DNA of 63,674 nt, the filler included, from Octopus bimaculoides (taxonomy: Eukaryota): NCBI RefSeq assembly GCF_001194135.2. It is 4 parts of 3 records of this genome, joined end to end, with 100 filler letters (N's around TTAATTAATTAA, not from the genome) between each part and the next. Parts side by side here need not be neighbours in the genome. Positions count along the whole stretch, not along the records: positions 20,946 to 48,577 come from NC_068982.1; 3 more parts are not named here. One strand, written 5' to 3'. The notes below the pieces were generated by a model. That model worked only from the letters and a program-made list of their open reading frames with translations. It searched no databases and was not told the DNA's origin. The stretch's first letter is position 1. Every line of letters starts with the position of its first letter. The position numbers and the translations under genes were made by a program. Below are positions 26,384 through 39,432 of the stretch, piece by piece.

Positions 26384-26826
26384 GCGAGCTCTGTACCTAA
26401 ATTCACACTAATTAATTTGACTATTGTTGGAGTTATATGGTCATATGTGTTTGTGATACCTGATATTTATAGAATGAGGTGAAGTTGTATGTTCTTCACA
26501 AAAGAAGATTGAGGGGACAAAGGAGAGAGAGAAAGAGAGAGAATTGGGTGTCTCTTGTGCTACTGAAGGGAACTAGATTGTCATGCCTCCCTTTTCAGAA
26601 TGTTATCAAGTGCTTTGATTCACAGACTGAGAGAATTAATCCAAGGAGTCTATGAAAATATGTGTATATTGAGAGTTTCTATATTTTGGGTATGTTTATG
26701 TTAAGGGTTTACAAGGGTCTTATATTTAATTGGATCTATAAATAGGGGTGACCTAACAGTTATTTTATCATAATATGTCATTACTAAATTAGAGTGAATA
26801 ACTTTTGGTGTATTCTGTGTATGTAC

Positions 26827-26864
<38 letters not shown>

Positions 26865-27503
26865 TAAACAGAAGGCTAATTTGCTGGTGTAAAGGTAACA
26901 CAGTTGCGTTAACAAAGGGATGTGGGTTCGAACCCCATGCAAATAAAGAAAGCCTTTTTTCTGTCAAGGGCTTATATGCCCCTTTATTAGACTATTTTCT
27001 TTAGTCATTGCACAGTGATCGCTATAAGCTTTAAGCTTATATAAAAATACCTTTATTATTATTTACAGGACTGTAAACACGGTGCCATATAAAAAAAACC
27101 ATTTGTACCGAAAGCATATTATATATATAAGGAATCTTGCATGTCTAGTGCTTTTTCATTTGTCAGAGTGTCTGAGACATTCTCCAGGGCTATAAAAATA
27201 ATCCCCTGTATAAGAGTCATTTATCACTAAATAAACAAACATACTCTCTACCTGATGTATTGAGTACCTTACTTTAATTATGATTCCCTTCACATCTAAT
27301 GGAATCTTCAACTATAATTGTGTGTGTGTGTGTGTGTGTAGTTTGAGCATTTTACACAATGTATCAGTGAATGCTTGGATATATTTATTTTAAGAAAAGT
27401 CCACAGTCTTCTCAGTGTTGTCCTGGGCCTGTGAACTGTTCAGTCTTTATCATTATGGTCTGAGGACTCAAAGACTCAACTTATGGCATAAGAAAAACAT
27501 GCA

Positions 27504-27539
<36 letters not shown>

Positions 27540-27544
27540 TTTTT

Positions 27545-27915
27545 TTTCTTTTACTTGTTTTAGTCCTTTGACTGGAGTCATGCTGGAGCAACCACCTTGA
27601 AGCGGGGTTTTTAGTCAAACATCAATCCCAGTGCCTAGTTTTTCTAAATCCGGTACTTATTGTTTTATCCCCTTTTGCTGATCCGCTAAGTCACAGAGAT
27701 GCAAACAAACACCAACTGTGAAGTGATGGTGGTGGTGGGTGGGGGGACAAATAAAAACACTTCCACACAGTTTCCATCTACCAAATTCACTCACATGGTA
27801 TAGGTTGGCCCAGGGTTATGAGGAGAGATTTGCCCAAGGTGCTGTAAAGTAGGATTGAAACCAAAACAACAAGGTTGCAAAGCAAGCTTCTTAACCACAC
27901 AACAATGCCTGTGCC
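27545..27915 (-). mobile_element. SINE family B, full-length, diverged
   Basis: All B modules present in reverse order. Confidence 0.75.
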
Positions 27916-28172
27916 AAGGCACTTCTGTGTACACACACACACACACACACACACGATTGCATAGGTTCAAGTGTCCTGGTACGAGTGCTGAGGTGTCGGT
28001 TTTCATGGAAGCTTGAAATACTGAGAATGTGTTCCATTTACCTTAGAAGAATTCTCACTTAAATATCATTGTTGGCATCACCATTATTTCACTACGCTTG
28101 TGTGTGTGCGTGTATGATGATGATGTGTGTGTGTGCACACACAGACACACTATATTACGTGTGTATGATGAT

Positions 28173-28235
<63 letters not shown>

Positions 28236-28328
28236 CCCTATGTGTAAACTCATTTGTTGTCTGAATCGTTTCTCTCTTAAATACTCATATTTACGCTTTA
28301 CACATTGGGTGTGTATATGTGTGTGTGT

Positions 28329-28361
<33 letters not shown>

Positions 28362-30949
28362 AGTAGCATATAAATGTGATCTGAAAATCCAGTGTTTGTG
28401 CCAAGATTTCAGCTTGTGTTGCCGTTGTCTTCGCATTCCACAGAGAATGTCTAGATAGATATTGGAGCGCTGTTTGATGTGACAACTCTGACACAGATGC
28501 ATTGATCTAAATTGGTCAACGACAGGATTAGAATAAATTCTTTTATCAACTGAAATGGCAATGTGCAAACATCATTTTGTTTGCACGGTGGATTCATTTC
28601 CTACGTGTGGTGTCAACGCTTTGTGTTGGTAAATATGTAGACTCTGAGCATCATAATGTTTGCTTAAAACTTTATGAATATATGCATTTCTATATGTGAT
28701 TGTGTGAATGTCTAAGTGTGTGTGTGTAGAGAGAGAGAGAGATTTTATGGCTTAATGAATGGAAGCAGGGCCTTAACAAAATTTGTTCAGCAATTAAAAA
28801 AGAGAAACCGGTATTAATAACATTTAATAAGTGACTTTTAAGCATTTATAAATTTGTTTCATTTACATGGGACACATCTGTCTATTTTTATATTTTTTTG
28901 CATTGTTTTGCTTTCGTTATCAATTCCACAGTTATATGTACCTAAAACTAAATTCACCCGGGGTGGTTCTCATTAACTTGTACAATGCCTTTGAGACAGG
29001 TGTGAAGAAGAAAAGAAAAAGAAAAAGATAACTGTACATCATGAGTTGCAGCAAACAGCTCTGCTTCAATATAGAGTTATCTCCCCTTCTGACCAGAATT
29101 ATAGTCTGAATACTTCATGAAACTGGACTCCAGAACCAGGTGAAGTGAGGGGGGGGGGGTTATAAACAGGACAATGGTTTAGGGCTGTTGCCTGCATATG
29201 TGTGTCTCTTTCAGTGCTACTGGTATCATGTAACTCCAGTACAAACTGTTACATGGTTGGATAATCACTGGCTAAATTGGCAGCCAACCACTAAGCTAAA
29301 CTGATCAGGGTGGGCATTAGAAACCCACCAGGATATACAGGCCCTGTTAAAGAGACAGGCAATTGTTAGGGAGACACAAAGGTACTCAAGGCAGTGAAAG
29401 AATGAGATGTGAGAGAATTTGGGATAGAGATGGACCCCTGGTTGTTATTTCTTATCAGAACAACTGTGAAGGAGAGGGACAGATAGGGTTCCTTAGCTGT
29501 GATGGGCCAACCTATCTCCGGGACTCTCCCAGTTAGTAGGTGAGTGGTCATTGCTGTTGCAACAGTTCAAGCCTGATGTGCATCTGCAACAATGACATAC
29601 CACCATTTCCATAGTTTCTTCAATAAATATTGCAGCAGAAATCAGGTTTTGTTCTGTCAGTTGCTTTCTGTCTTTTGTGGCTGTTCTTTAAGAAAAAATA
29701 CTCATCAATGGCTGTACAATTGAAGAAGATAGAATGGGATTTAAGGGCTGCAGGATTGAGGGAGAAGATAGAGTGAGACCAAAGGTTCTACCATTGAAGA
29801 GTTAAAGTTAGATCAAGATATCCATGGCTGAAAGAGTGAATGGTTATCATGGAATTTGATAGACAACCACAAGACATTCAAAGCAGTGTACACACACACA
29901 CACACACACACACGTTCCTTTAGCCATAGGTGGAGTTTTAGGGATTTGTATGTAGATGCTACAATGACGTACACATCTCAAAATATTCCTGGTTTAACAC
30001 ATTTAAGATTTACTTTTGGTTGAATCATCAACTGTAAACAAAGCATTTCCGCTGAAGTTCATTTAAAGTTCATGAAAAACACCTGCAGAATCGTTTATTC
30101 CCTAATTCTTCTAAAAACATTAAAACTGGTTTTTCCATTTTCAGTTGTTGCTTGATGAAAATATAATCCTGAAAATATCATCATCATCATCATCATTTAA
30201 TGTCCCCTTTTGCATGCTTCCGTGGGTCTGACGGAATCTGTTGCAGCAGATTTTCTATGGCCTGATGATCTTCCTGTCTCAACCATCACTTGTTTCCAGG
30301 CAAGGTAATATTTCCCAGGGTCAGGAAGCTGACAGAAGTGTTAGCATGCTGGGCAAAATGCTATGCAGTATTTCTGTCTTTACTTTCTGAGTTCAAATTC
30401 TGCTGAGGTTGACTTTGCCTTTTATCCTTTCGAGGTCGATAAATTAAGTACCAGTTGCATACTGGCGCCGATCTAATCAACTAGCCCCCTCCCCAAAATA
30501 AGTGGCAGGATATTGTAAAAGGAGCGTGATTAGAGAGAGCAGAGAGGGAGTGCAAGTGAATGGCAAAACCCTGGGTATATAAAGAGTGGTGGGGCTACTA
30601 CCGGATAGCAATGAAAGAGAGAAACAGGGCCATGAGAGGCAGGCATAGTGTATGAATGAGGGAATGTGAGGAAGAGAAGAGATGTGGAGATGTAGATTGG
30701 TTTGCTGGGGTAGGGTGAGTGAAAAGTTTTTTTTTACATGTGGGTAGAACACACAGGTTGGGGGCTAGTGGATAGCAATGATACAATGAGACAGGGCCAA
30801 GAGTACAGGATTGGGAGGTAAGCATAGCATATGAAGTGGAAATGTGAGGAAGAGAAGAGATGTAGAGATATAGTTTGGTTTGTTGTGGTAGGGTGTGTGA
30901 ATTCTCTTGTTAAATGTGGGTGGGGCATACAGCACTTCTAAAACTCAGT

Positions 30950-32090
30950 TTTGCCGACATGGGTGAGTCTTGTCAAGAACCTCATATTGCCAGACATCTC
31001 GGTCCATTGTCATTTGCTCCATGAGGCCCAACGTCCTGAAGTCAGTCCTCACCACTTCATTCCACATCTTCCATGGGTATCATTCACATTCAGTGATCAG
31101 CACTTCTTTATGCAGCTGTCCTCGTTCATATACATCACATGTCCAAACCAACGTAGTCTTCTCTCTTGCCTGTAACAGCTGATTTCTCTTGTGCCTAACT
31201 TTTCTCTCAATACATTTGCCATATGTGTGCACTGATGTTGCACATCCAGTGGAGCATACTACTTTCATTTCTCTCCAGTTTATGCATGTCTTCTGCATTC
31301 AGAGCCCATGTCTTACTACCATGAAGTATAGCCGTTCATACACAAGCATCATATAGTCAACCTTTCACTCAGAGTACTTTTGTTGCCAACAGAGATCATA
31401 GCTATCTGAACTTCCGCCACCCAATTCTTATTCTAGAAACAATACTTTCAGAGCATCCTCCACCATTGCTAATTTGGTCACCTAGGTAACAGAAAAACTA
31501 TCTACAACTTCAAGAGAGCCTCCTGGGCATTTGAGAGAATCTAAGTCCTGTGTGCTGTTTGTGCTTATTGTTCCTTCTTATCTGCCACATACAAAGGCAG
31601 CTTTATCTGTTAATCTACCTGTGATTCTACTGCACCTCTTGAGTGTCCATACCTTACACTGGGTGCAGCAAATGCAATTACTTCCAACTCCTTTCCTACA
31701 TATGGAGCAGGGCCATTTACCTGATGGAAAGAGAGTTTTATCTTCTTTCTTACTAACAACAACTTTTGTCTTAGCTAGGTTAACTTTAAGGCCCTTTGAT
31801 TCCAGGTTTTGTTTCCATACCTGGAATTTCTTCTCCATTTCTGCTAAAGATTCTGCAATAAGAGCAAGGTCATCAGCATATAGCAGTCCCCACAGACGCC
31901 CAGTTTTGAATTCCTCTGTTATGGCCTGGAGAACTATAATCAATAAGAGTGGGCTGAGAGCTGAGCCCTGGTGAACCGCTACCTGTACGCTAAATTCATC
32001 ACTGTATTCATAGCCGACTCTCTTACTGTACTGACAGCTCTAACAAGCCACTCCTCAACTCCTAACTTCCTTAGAGACCACCATATAACA
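30950..32090 (-). mobile_element. 5'-truncated, decayed RTE-clade LINE (reverse transcriptase C-half to 3' end)
   Basis: Translation gives WWSLRKLGVEEWLV...VHQGSALSPLL...LLYADDLAL...GLKVNLAKTKV, a Cys cluster, then RIRIGWRKF and the ...DRDVW 3' motif with stops and frameshifts. Confidence 0.9.
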
Positions 32091-33431
32091 GAGCGGGGAT
32101 ATACCTGTGTGTATGTGGGTTCCCCACTACCACCTGACAACCAGTGTTGGTTTGTTTACGTCCCCCCATGACATAGCGTTTCAGCAAGAGAGATCAATAG
32201 AATAGGTACCAGGTTTTTAAGTACTGGGGTCAATTTATCTGACTAAACTTCTTCAAGGCAGTGCCCCAGCATGGCCACAGTCTAACGACCAAAACAAAAG
32301 TAAAATAAAAGAGTTGAGTTGTTGATTAAAAAAGGAAGGACATGTTGCATAATATATTCTAAGCAAAAAAAGAGACTTGATGGCCACAGCTGGAATGTCT
32401 GACACTACCACTACTACTACCACTATGATACCACATTTTGCTTGTCCTTTTTCTTCACTTATTCTTCCACACATCTCCTCCCCTTCCTCCACACATCACC
32501 TCCTCCTCTTTCACTTCCTTACTACTCTTTCCTTTCGTCTATTTATCAAACTGTTTCTCCCACTTTTTTTCTCTCTATCTACCTCTCTCTCCTCCCTTTT
32601 CTCTCTCTCTCTCTCTCTCCCTCCCTCCCTCCACTGCTAAAGAATCATATAACAGTCTGTGCTAGGTGGAAACTTGAAACAGATGGTGTCGCTATAGTTA
32701 CATCCCCATCCTCGCCGCCACCACCACCATCACCTCCGCCATCGCCTTGCCTGGGATGATGAGTCAACACAGAGTTATATCGAAGTCTTTGGCTTTATTA
32801 AAATGATGTTACCAAAACATTCTAGAAACCTTCTCCTCAACACCACCTACCATAGATAAAGCAGTTTCTGTGTAGGTAGGTGCATGCATGTGTGAGTGTG
32901 TGTGTGTGTGAGCATGTGTGTGTGTTTGTGTATTGACGGAAGTTAGGTATCAGAAGTAACTGGAATGAAACGGGTGTGAAACCTTTTGTTATCTTTGGCA
33001 TCAGTTTGAAGTTTTTTTTGTTTTTTTTATGAAAATTTCTCTATCAGTACAATGTCACAAATTGTAGCGAGGGTGATGATGATGATGATAATGATGAAGA
33101 TGGCGATAATGATCACCATGGTGATATTCCTAATATAGGCACAAGGCCTTGAGTTACATCAAATAGTGATACTCGTGATGGTAGCAGTAACTATGGTGGT
33201 GAAATCTACTGAACCAGTACAGTTCCTACTTGCTAGAAGGTTCGCTACATCCCTTTCTTGACTATAATAATAATCATCATCATCGTCGTTTAACGTCCGC
33301 TTTCCATGCTTGTGATGCATGTGCCTGGTGTATCCTTATCAGACGGGTAGTCATGATGGGTATGCTGGGCTTCGTATATTTGTACCCCAGTGTCACTTTG
33401 ATGGCTTGTGCTGCTCTCTCACTCAATAAGG

Positions 33432-33650
33432 ATAAGTTTCAAATTTTTGCACAAGGCCAGCAGTTTCAGAGGAGAGGTGGGGGGGGGGGGGCAAGTTGAA
33501 TATATCAACCCCAGTGTATAACTGGTACACATTTTATTGACTCTGAAATGATGAAAGGCAAAGTCAGCCTTGGTGGCATTTGAACTCAGAATGTAAAGAC
33601 AGATGAAATGCCGCTGAGCATTTTGCTCAGTACTGCCAGCTTACCACCTT
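33432..33650 (-). mobile_element. SINE family A, CpG-decayed
   Basis: GATGAAAGGCAAAGTCAGCCTTGGTGGCATTTGAACTCAG. Confidence 0.8.
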
Positions 33651-33664
33651 AATAATAAGCAAAT

Positions 33665-34038
33665 CTGGGCAACAAACCATTAATCAACGAAGTTAACATT
33701 TTCGTTAACGATTTAACTTTTAAGTTAACTTTCAAAATCATTATCAGACTAGTGTAACTCCGTTACATTTAACTTCTGTTAACTCAAGTTAACTTCCATT
33801 AACTTCAATTGAATCGAAGTTAATGGATTTTATAGTTCTGGCACTTTTTAAAGGTGTTTTTTAGGTGGTTTTAGAGCAAAAACTGATTTTTTTTTTGTTT
33901 CTATGATAAAAATTAACGTTAACTGTTTATTGATAACCTACATTACATTAGGAAATAATTAACTGATTAATGGTTATCGAAGTTAACTTTTTGATTAACA
34001 GTGAACATAGTTAACTTTTCCATTAAGCATGCCCACCT
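33665..34038. mobile_element. GTTAAC-rich non-autonomous DNA-transposon-like element
   Basis: GGGCA...TGCCC ends and a dense array of TTAAC/GTTAA motifs in both orientations. Confidence 0.5.
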
Positions 34039-34170
34039 TTCATGATACATAGCAACCCAGTTGCACCATGAAAACAAATTTCTCACAAGAAATTGTCCTA
34101 GTCTTTAAGCAGCTGAAGTCTAAACCTAAAATGATACCAAAAATGGCCAGCCTGATGCCATTCTATAGGT

Positions 34171-34417
34171 CAGTGGTTCTTAGCTGGGGTTCATATAACC
34201 CTTGAAGGTCCACATAAGATTGTTAAAATTTATCTCCAATAAATTGGTTTTATTTCTATAATATACTAAATATTTTTTTTTTTTTTATACAATTCCTAAT
34301 ATTTAATCATGAAAATATAAAAGGGATTTTAGAAACATCGAATGACTATTAGGGTCCATCTGAATAAAATAGGGATCAAAATAGTCCATAGACGAAAAAA
34401 ATGTTTAAGAACCATGA
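34171..34417. mobile_element. hAT (Charlie-like) MITE
   Basis: CAGTGGTTCTTA ... TAAGAACCATG ends, with a possible 8-bp TSD CTATAGGT/CTTTAGTT (6/8 match). Confidence 0.6.
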
Positions 34418-35040
34418 CTTTAGTTTCAGTGTTAAGGTTGACCTCTAAGGTCAACTGTAATGAGTAAATTTAAAGGCAATAATCTTTGTAGACTGGGGGC
34501 CAAATATATAAATAAAAGGGCTTCTCTCATATCTGGCTGTAGAAACCTAGTCTGAATAGTGTTGCAGAAATCTAAACAGGACACCACCTTTAGATACAGT
34601 GAAAGGAATTGTTCCATCTCTTACAATATATATATGACAAATGTCATCTATGGGGAGCTTTTTAAGAAGCTTACTTCCCAACCACATGGGCTCAGGTTCA
34701 GCCCCACTGTGTGACACCTTGGGCAAGTGTCTTCTTGTATAGCCCCAGTCAGCCAAACCTCGTGAGTGAATTTAATTTGGTAAACAAAAACCTGTGTGTG
34801 TGTGTGCTTGTGTCAATGGTCTTGACATGTGATAGTTGTAAATGAGGCTCACGGTCAATGAAGGTAGTTGCCTTCATTTCCAAAATTCAGAGAAAACCTG
34901 TCTGGCCACGGGTAAGTATTACCTTGCTTGCGAACTGGAAGGGCATCCAACCATGGAAAATCTCCTTCAAGAAACTCCATCCAACAGCAAGCATGGAAAA
35001 AACGTGGATGCTAAAATGATGATGGTCACAATAATATATA

Positions 35041-35407
35041 TATATAATTTATATAAGGGAATTAACTATATAGTAATGCCTCACGCTTAGAGGGACTAAA
35101 TAAGTCAAAAACTACCAAAAAATAAGCAACATATTTACCGAAAGCGATTCTTGTTTATTTTTATGTGTCTCAACCATACGTGTACTGATGAACAAAAGAT
35201 GCAGCTTACTTCACAGTTTTGCTGTATTAATTGAGAAACCAGTGGTTTGCCGTTAAGTTAAATGTTTTTAGGAGGTTAATTTTTGAAAGTTGCATTTCCC
35301 TCGCTTTCGGTAAATATGTTGCTTATTTTTTGGTAGTTTTTGACTTATTTAGTCCCTCTAAGCGTGAGACATTACTATATAGTTAATGCCCTTATATAAA
35401 TTATATA
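35041..35407. mobile_element. Foldback MITE with 107-bp terminal inverted repeats inserted in (TA)n
   Basis: 35041-35147 is the reverse complement of 35301-35407 with 2 mismatches by eye. Confidence 0.9.
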
Positions 35408-36334
35408 TATATATAATTTATATAAGGGAATTAACTATATANNNNNNNNNNNNNNNNNNNNNNNNNNNNNNNNNNNNNNNNNNNNNNNNNNNNNNNNNNN
35501 NNNNNNNNNNNNNNNNNNNNNNNNNNNNNNNNNNNNNNNNNNNNNNNNNNNNNNNNNNNNNNNNNNNNNNNNNNNNNNNNNNNNNNNNNNNNNNNNNNNN
35601 NNNNNNNNNNNNNNNNNNNNNNNNNNNNNNNNNNNNNNNNNNNNNNNNNNNNNNNNNNNNNNNNNNNNNNNNNNNNNNNNNNNNNNNNNNNNNNNNNNNN
35701 NNNNNNNNNNNNNNNNNNNNNNNNNNNNNNNNNNNNNNNNNNNNNNNNNNNNNNNNNNNNNNNNNNNNNNNATATATATAGATGCCATAGACATCGACAT
35801 ACCTGTAGCCACTAAATTTTAATTGCTGCAAGTAAAAACTCTATGGTATTCTGAAAAACACCCGCCTTGTCTTACAAAATGACAAAGATAAAATACTATG
35901 AAATTTTAGTATAAAGACAGACCACCAGATGGCAGCACGTAAACCTGAAATTATTCTGTTAAACAAAATATGACAATAACGTCTCAATTATTGCTATGAA
36001 AATATCAAATGACTACAATATTGTACAGAAGTCGTTGGGGGGGGGGGAGCCTCAGGAATAACATTAACTTAGCTGTTGAATAAAAAAAAGAAAACTACAT
36101 TACCGCAGTTAAGGAATGTGTGTAATCATCTCATTTGGAATTGGTACAAACTGTTAGGAGAGACAAACATTTCTGTCAGGACACTGACAGACACCCTGCA
36201 ACAATTAAACTCAATTAGAAGCTATTACTCTCGTTATTTAGAAGTTGTTGATTCTAATATTGACACAAAGTCTGAATTTGTTAGTCAACAGAAAACTTGC
36301 TGAGTTAAACTAGAATAACAATATTAATAATAAT

Positions 36335-36541
36335 TTTTGCACAAGGCCAGCAAGATCGAGAGAAGGGTTAAGTGGATTACATTAACCCCAGAGCATGACT
36401 GGTACTTATTTTATCGATCCCCACTGAGAGGATGAAGTGCAAAGTCAGCCATGGCAGAATTTGAATCAGAATGTAAAGATGGACACAATGCCATTAAGCA
36501 TTTTGCTTGGAATGGTGACGATTCTGCTAGCCTGCCACCTT
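36335..36541 (-). mobile_element. SINE family A, diverged
   Basis: Motif order conserved on the reverse strand. Confidence 0.75.
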
Positions 36542-37639
36542 AATTAGAAAATTAATATTAATTTCAAATTTGACACAAGGCCAGCAATTTAAGGGGGGAG
36601 ATAACCAGGGGGTTTCCAAAAACATTATTACACTCGTTCAGCACTTACCTATGTAAGGTATTAGGCTTGCCTCACCAAAGGTGAAGGTCTGGCTGATGGA
36701 AAGGTGTGAGCATTCAGTAATGTTTCAGACATTCAGGGCTCAGTCTTCAACGTGACTCCTGATTGCAGTTCTGTCAAAGAAATAATCTGCCAAAAAACAC
36801 ACCTTATAAATAGTGACCAAACCTTTTTACCTTCCAGGAATGTTTGCTGACTACACAGCCTCAATGCATGGTTACTTATCATTAGTCATGGCACACTCAG
36901 CCCTTTGTGCAGAAGGTATTAATAGCAGATGGGAGGGCACATGTCCCCCCTATCACCAACATGTGAAAGAGCAGCTGTTTTAAACTTGTCAATTGAAAAT
37001 AGGGCATTGCACAGCTCAAACAGAACTCAACAGGGAATAAAATAAATTATTCCACTCTACTTAATAGTATTGAGTCCTATTTTCTCAATTACAGATAAGC
37101 AACTAGGGTTGATGTAATTGAGTAAATTCACAGGGATGATCCAGCATGAATTCCATGTAAAAACTATAATTGGAATATTATCAGAATCTAAATTCCAAGT
37201 TAAGGGAATTAATTTAAACGATGTTTATTTCCATCTTATCTGATAAGGGTTCATGTCTCTCAGAACATAACTTCATTATTATATGCAAAACTGAAAAAGA
37301 CTTGTTGCAATTTTTTTTTTTGTACATACTGTGCATGTATATTTGTGAGGGTTAGCTTATGTGTGTGTATATATATGTGGATGGGCTTGTTCACAGTTCG
37401 TACTTGCATTCAGACATTGGTCAAATGTAGGCTACAGTAGAAGACCCTTGTCCAAGATGCCACATGCTGGGATTGAACTCAGAACCATGTGATTATAAGG
37501 TGAACTTTTGTATATACGTTCAATGAAAGCCTCTAATTGCTCAAGGTGAAATTCTGAAGTGAAGGCCTGTGAAACAAAGAACAACATAAACAGATTGTGC
37601 AGAGGTTGTTAGGAAACCTGATATCTCGAATAAGACAAG

Positions 37640-37900
37640 AGTAGGAGGAGGAGGAGAGGAGGTTCAGCGTCACCACCACCATCATCATCGCAACTATCAC
37701 TATCAACAACAGTATCATCACTAACACAACCACCACCACCACCATCATTACTAACAACTACACCCACACTACTACCATCACCACTATCATCATCTCTGAC
37801 CACCACTTCCACCACCATCACTAATGTCACTGTCTTTACCACCATCTTTCCCCAAAATCATCATCGTCGTCAATCTTAGTCATCATTCATCAACAACAAC
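37640..37900. repeat. Degenerate (ACC/ATC/ACT)n trinucleotide tract
   Basis: Direct inspection of the sequence. Confidence 0.85.
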
Positions 37901-38320
37901 ATTTGGTAACAACAACAAATGTTATAAAATAAACAACATACCTGCCTTCAGACATAAAATGTAGAACTTCTTTTCATAAGTGTGTGTGTGTTTGTGTGGA
38001 TATGTATATACATGTATACTAGAGTACCTGAACCATCAATAATGACAGAGCAACTGTTGAAAAAAAAAACTATGTGATGAAAGTTGCTAATGAGAGTACA
38101 AGAATGTAAATGAAATTGCCAAAATAACAGGAAAACAAAAAAATTGTAATTTCTCCCTCGCTAAAATCTTATACAGATTTGATTATTTAAATATGGACAA
38201 AATATTTTTGCTAATGATTGCCTCATTATTCTACATTATTTTATTTTCTACAATAAATGCTTTGCTTACTTTCACAAACGGTTTAGATGTATATTCCTAT
38301 TCCAAATTACCAAAATATAT

Positions 38321-38538
38321 AAGGTGGCGGCGAGCTGGCAGAATCGTTAGCACACTGGACGAAATGCTTAGGAGTATTTCGCCCATCGCTACGTTCTGAG
38401 TTCAAATTCTGCCAAGGTCAATTTCACCTTTCATCTTTTCGGGGTTGATAAAATAAGTACCAGTTGAACACTGGGGTTGATGTAATCGACTCATCCCCTC
38501 CCCCAAAATTTCAGGCTTTGTGCCTATATTAGAAAGGA
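38321..38538 (+). mobile_element. Full-length SINE family A with 17-bp target-site duplication
   Basis: AAATTACCAAAATATAT at 38304-38320 and 38539-38555 flanks GGCGGCGAGCTGGCAGAATCGTTAG...TTAGAAAGG. Confidence 0.95.
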
Positions 38539-39029
38539 AAATTACCAAAATATATGCGTATATATACACATGGGTCTATGATCTTACAAAAGGGGTTACA
38601 TACATTTTCTAAAGGTTTTGAAGGGGCAGCAAGTTTAGTTTGTGTGAAAGCTGTTGTTTTGCAACATTTTGGACACATTCCATGCAAAAGCTACAAATGT
38701 GAAGAACAAGCATTATTCACTTTCTTGATTTAAGCAGAATGAAAAAAACATGGCTGAGTGGTTAGGGTATCACACTCATGATCACTAGTACTGGGGTTGA
38801 TATAGATTTGTCCCTCCCCTCAAAATTGTTGGCCTCATGCTAAAATCAGAAATAAAACAAAATGGTGGTGGTGGTGTATCAAAATCCAATAATGGTGGCT
38901 TATTAATAATAATGATAATCATGAAATTATTGTATATAGTGCTCAGGTGCACTACAACTCATTAAAGGTGCAGGTACAGTACATAGATTGGACTGGCAAG
39001 AGCAAACAAACATTGTACTGACTGATAAT

Positions 39030-39432
39030 ACAGGCACAGGTTTGGCTGTGTGGTAAGAAGCTTGCTTCCAAACCACATGGTTCTGGGTTCAGTTCCACTG
39101 CATGGCACCTGAGGCAAGTGCCTTCTACTATAGCCTCAGGCCAACCAAAGTCTTGTGAGTGGATTTGGTGGATGGAAACTGAAAGAAGCCCATCACATAT
39201 ATGCATAAGTATATGTATCTATGCATGTGTCTGTGTTTGTCTCCCACCACTGCTTGACAACTGGTGTTGGTATATTTACATCCCTGTAACTTCGCGGTTC
39301 AGCAAAAGAGATTTATAGAATAAGCACCAGGCTTAAAAAAGTATGTACTGCGCTCAATCCATGCATCTAAAAATTCTTCAAGGGATGCTCCAGCATGGCC
39401 AGTCTTAATGGCTCAAAATGAGTAAAATATAC
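39030..39432 (+). mobile_element. SINE family B, full-length
   Basis: GGCTGTGTGGTAAGAAGCTTGCTTCC...GGCAAGTG...CCAGCATGGCC. Confidence 0.9.

Noticed and set aside
29220-29560. Possible HDV-like ribozyme in an RTE-like 5' region (also 5180-5360)
   Set aside because: I could not assemble the nested double-pseudoknot by eye; a descriptor-based search would be needed.
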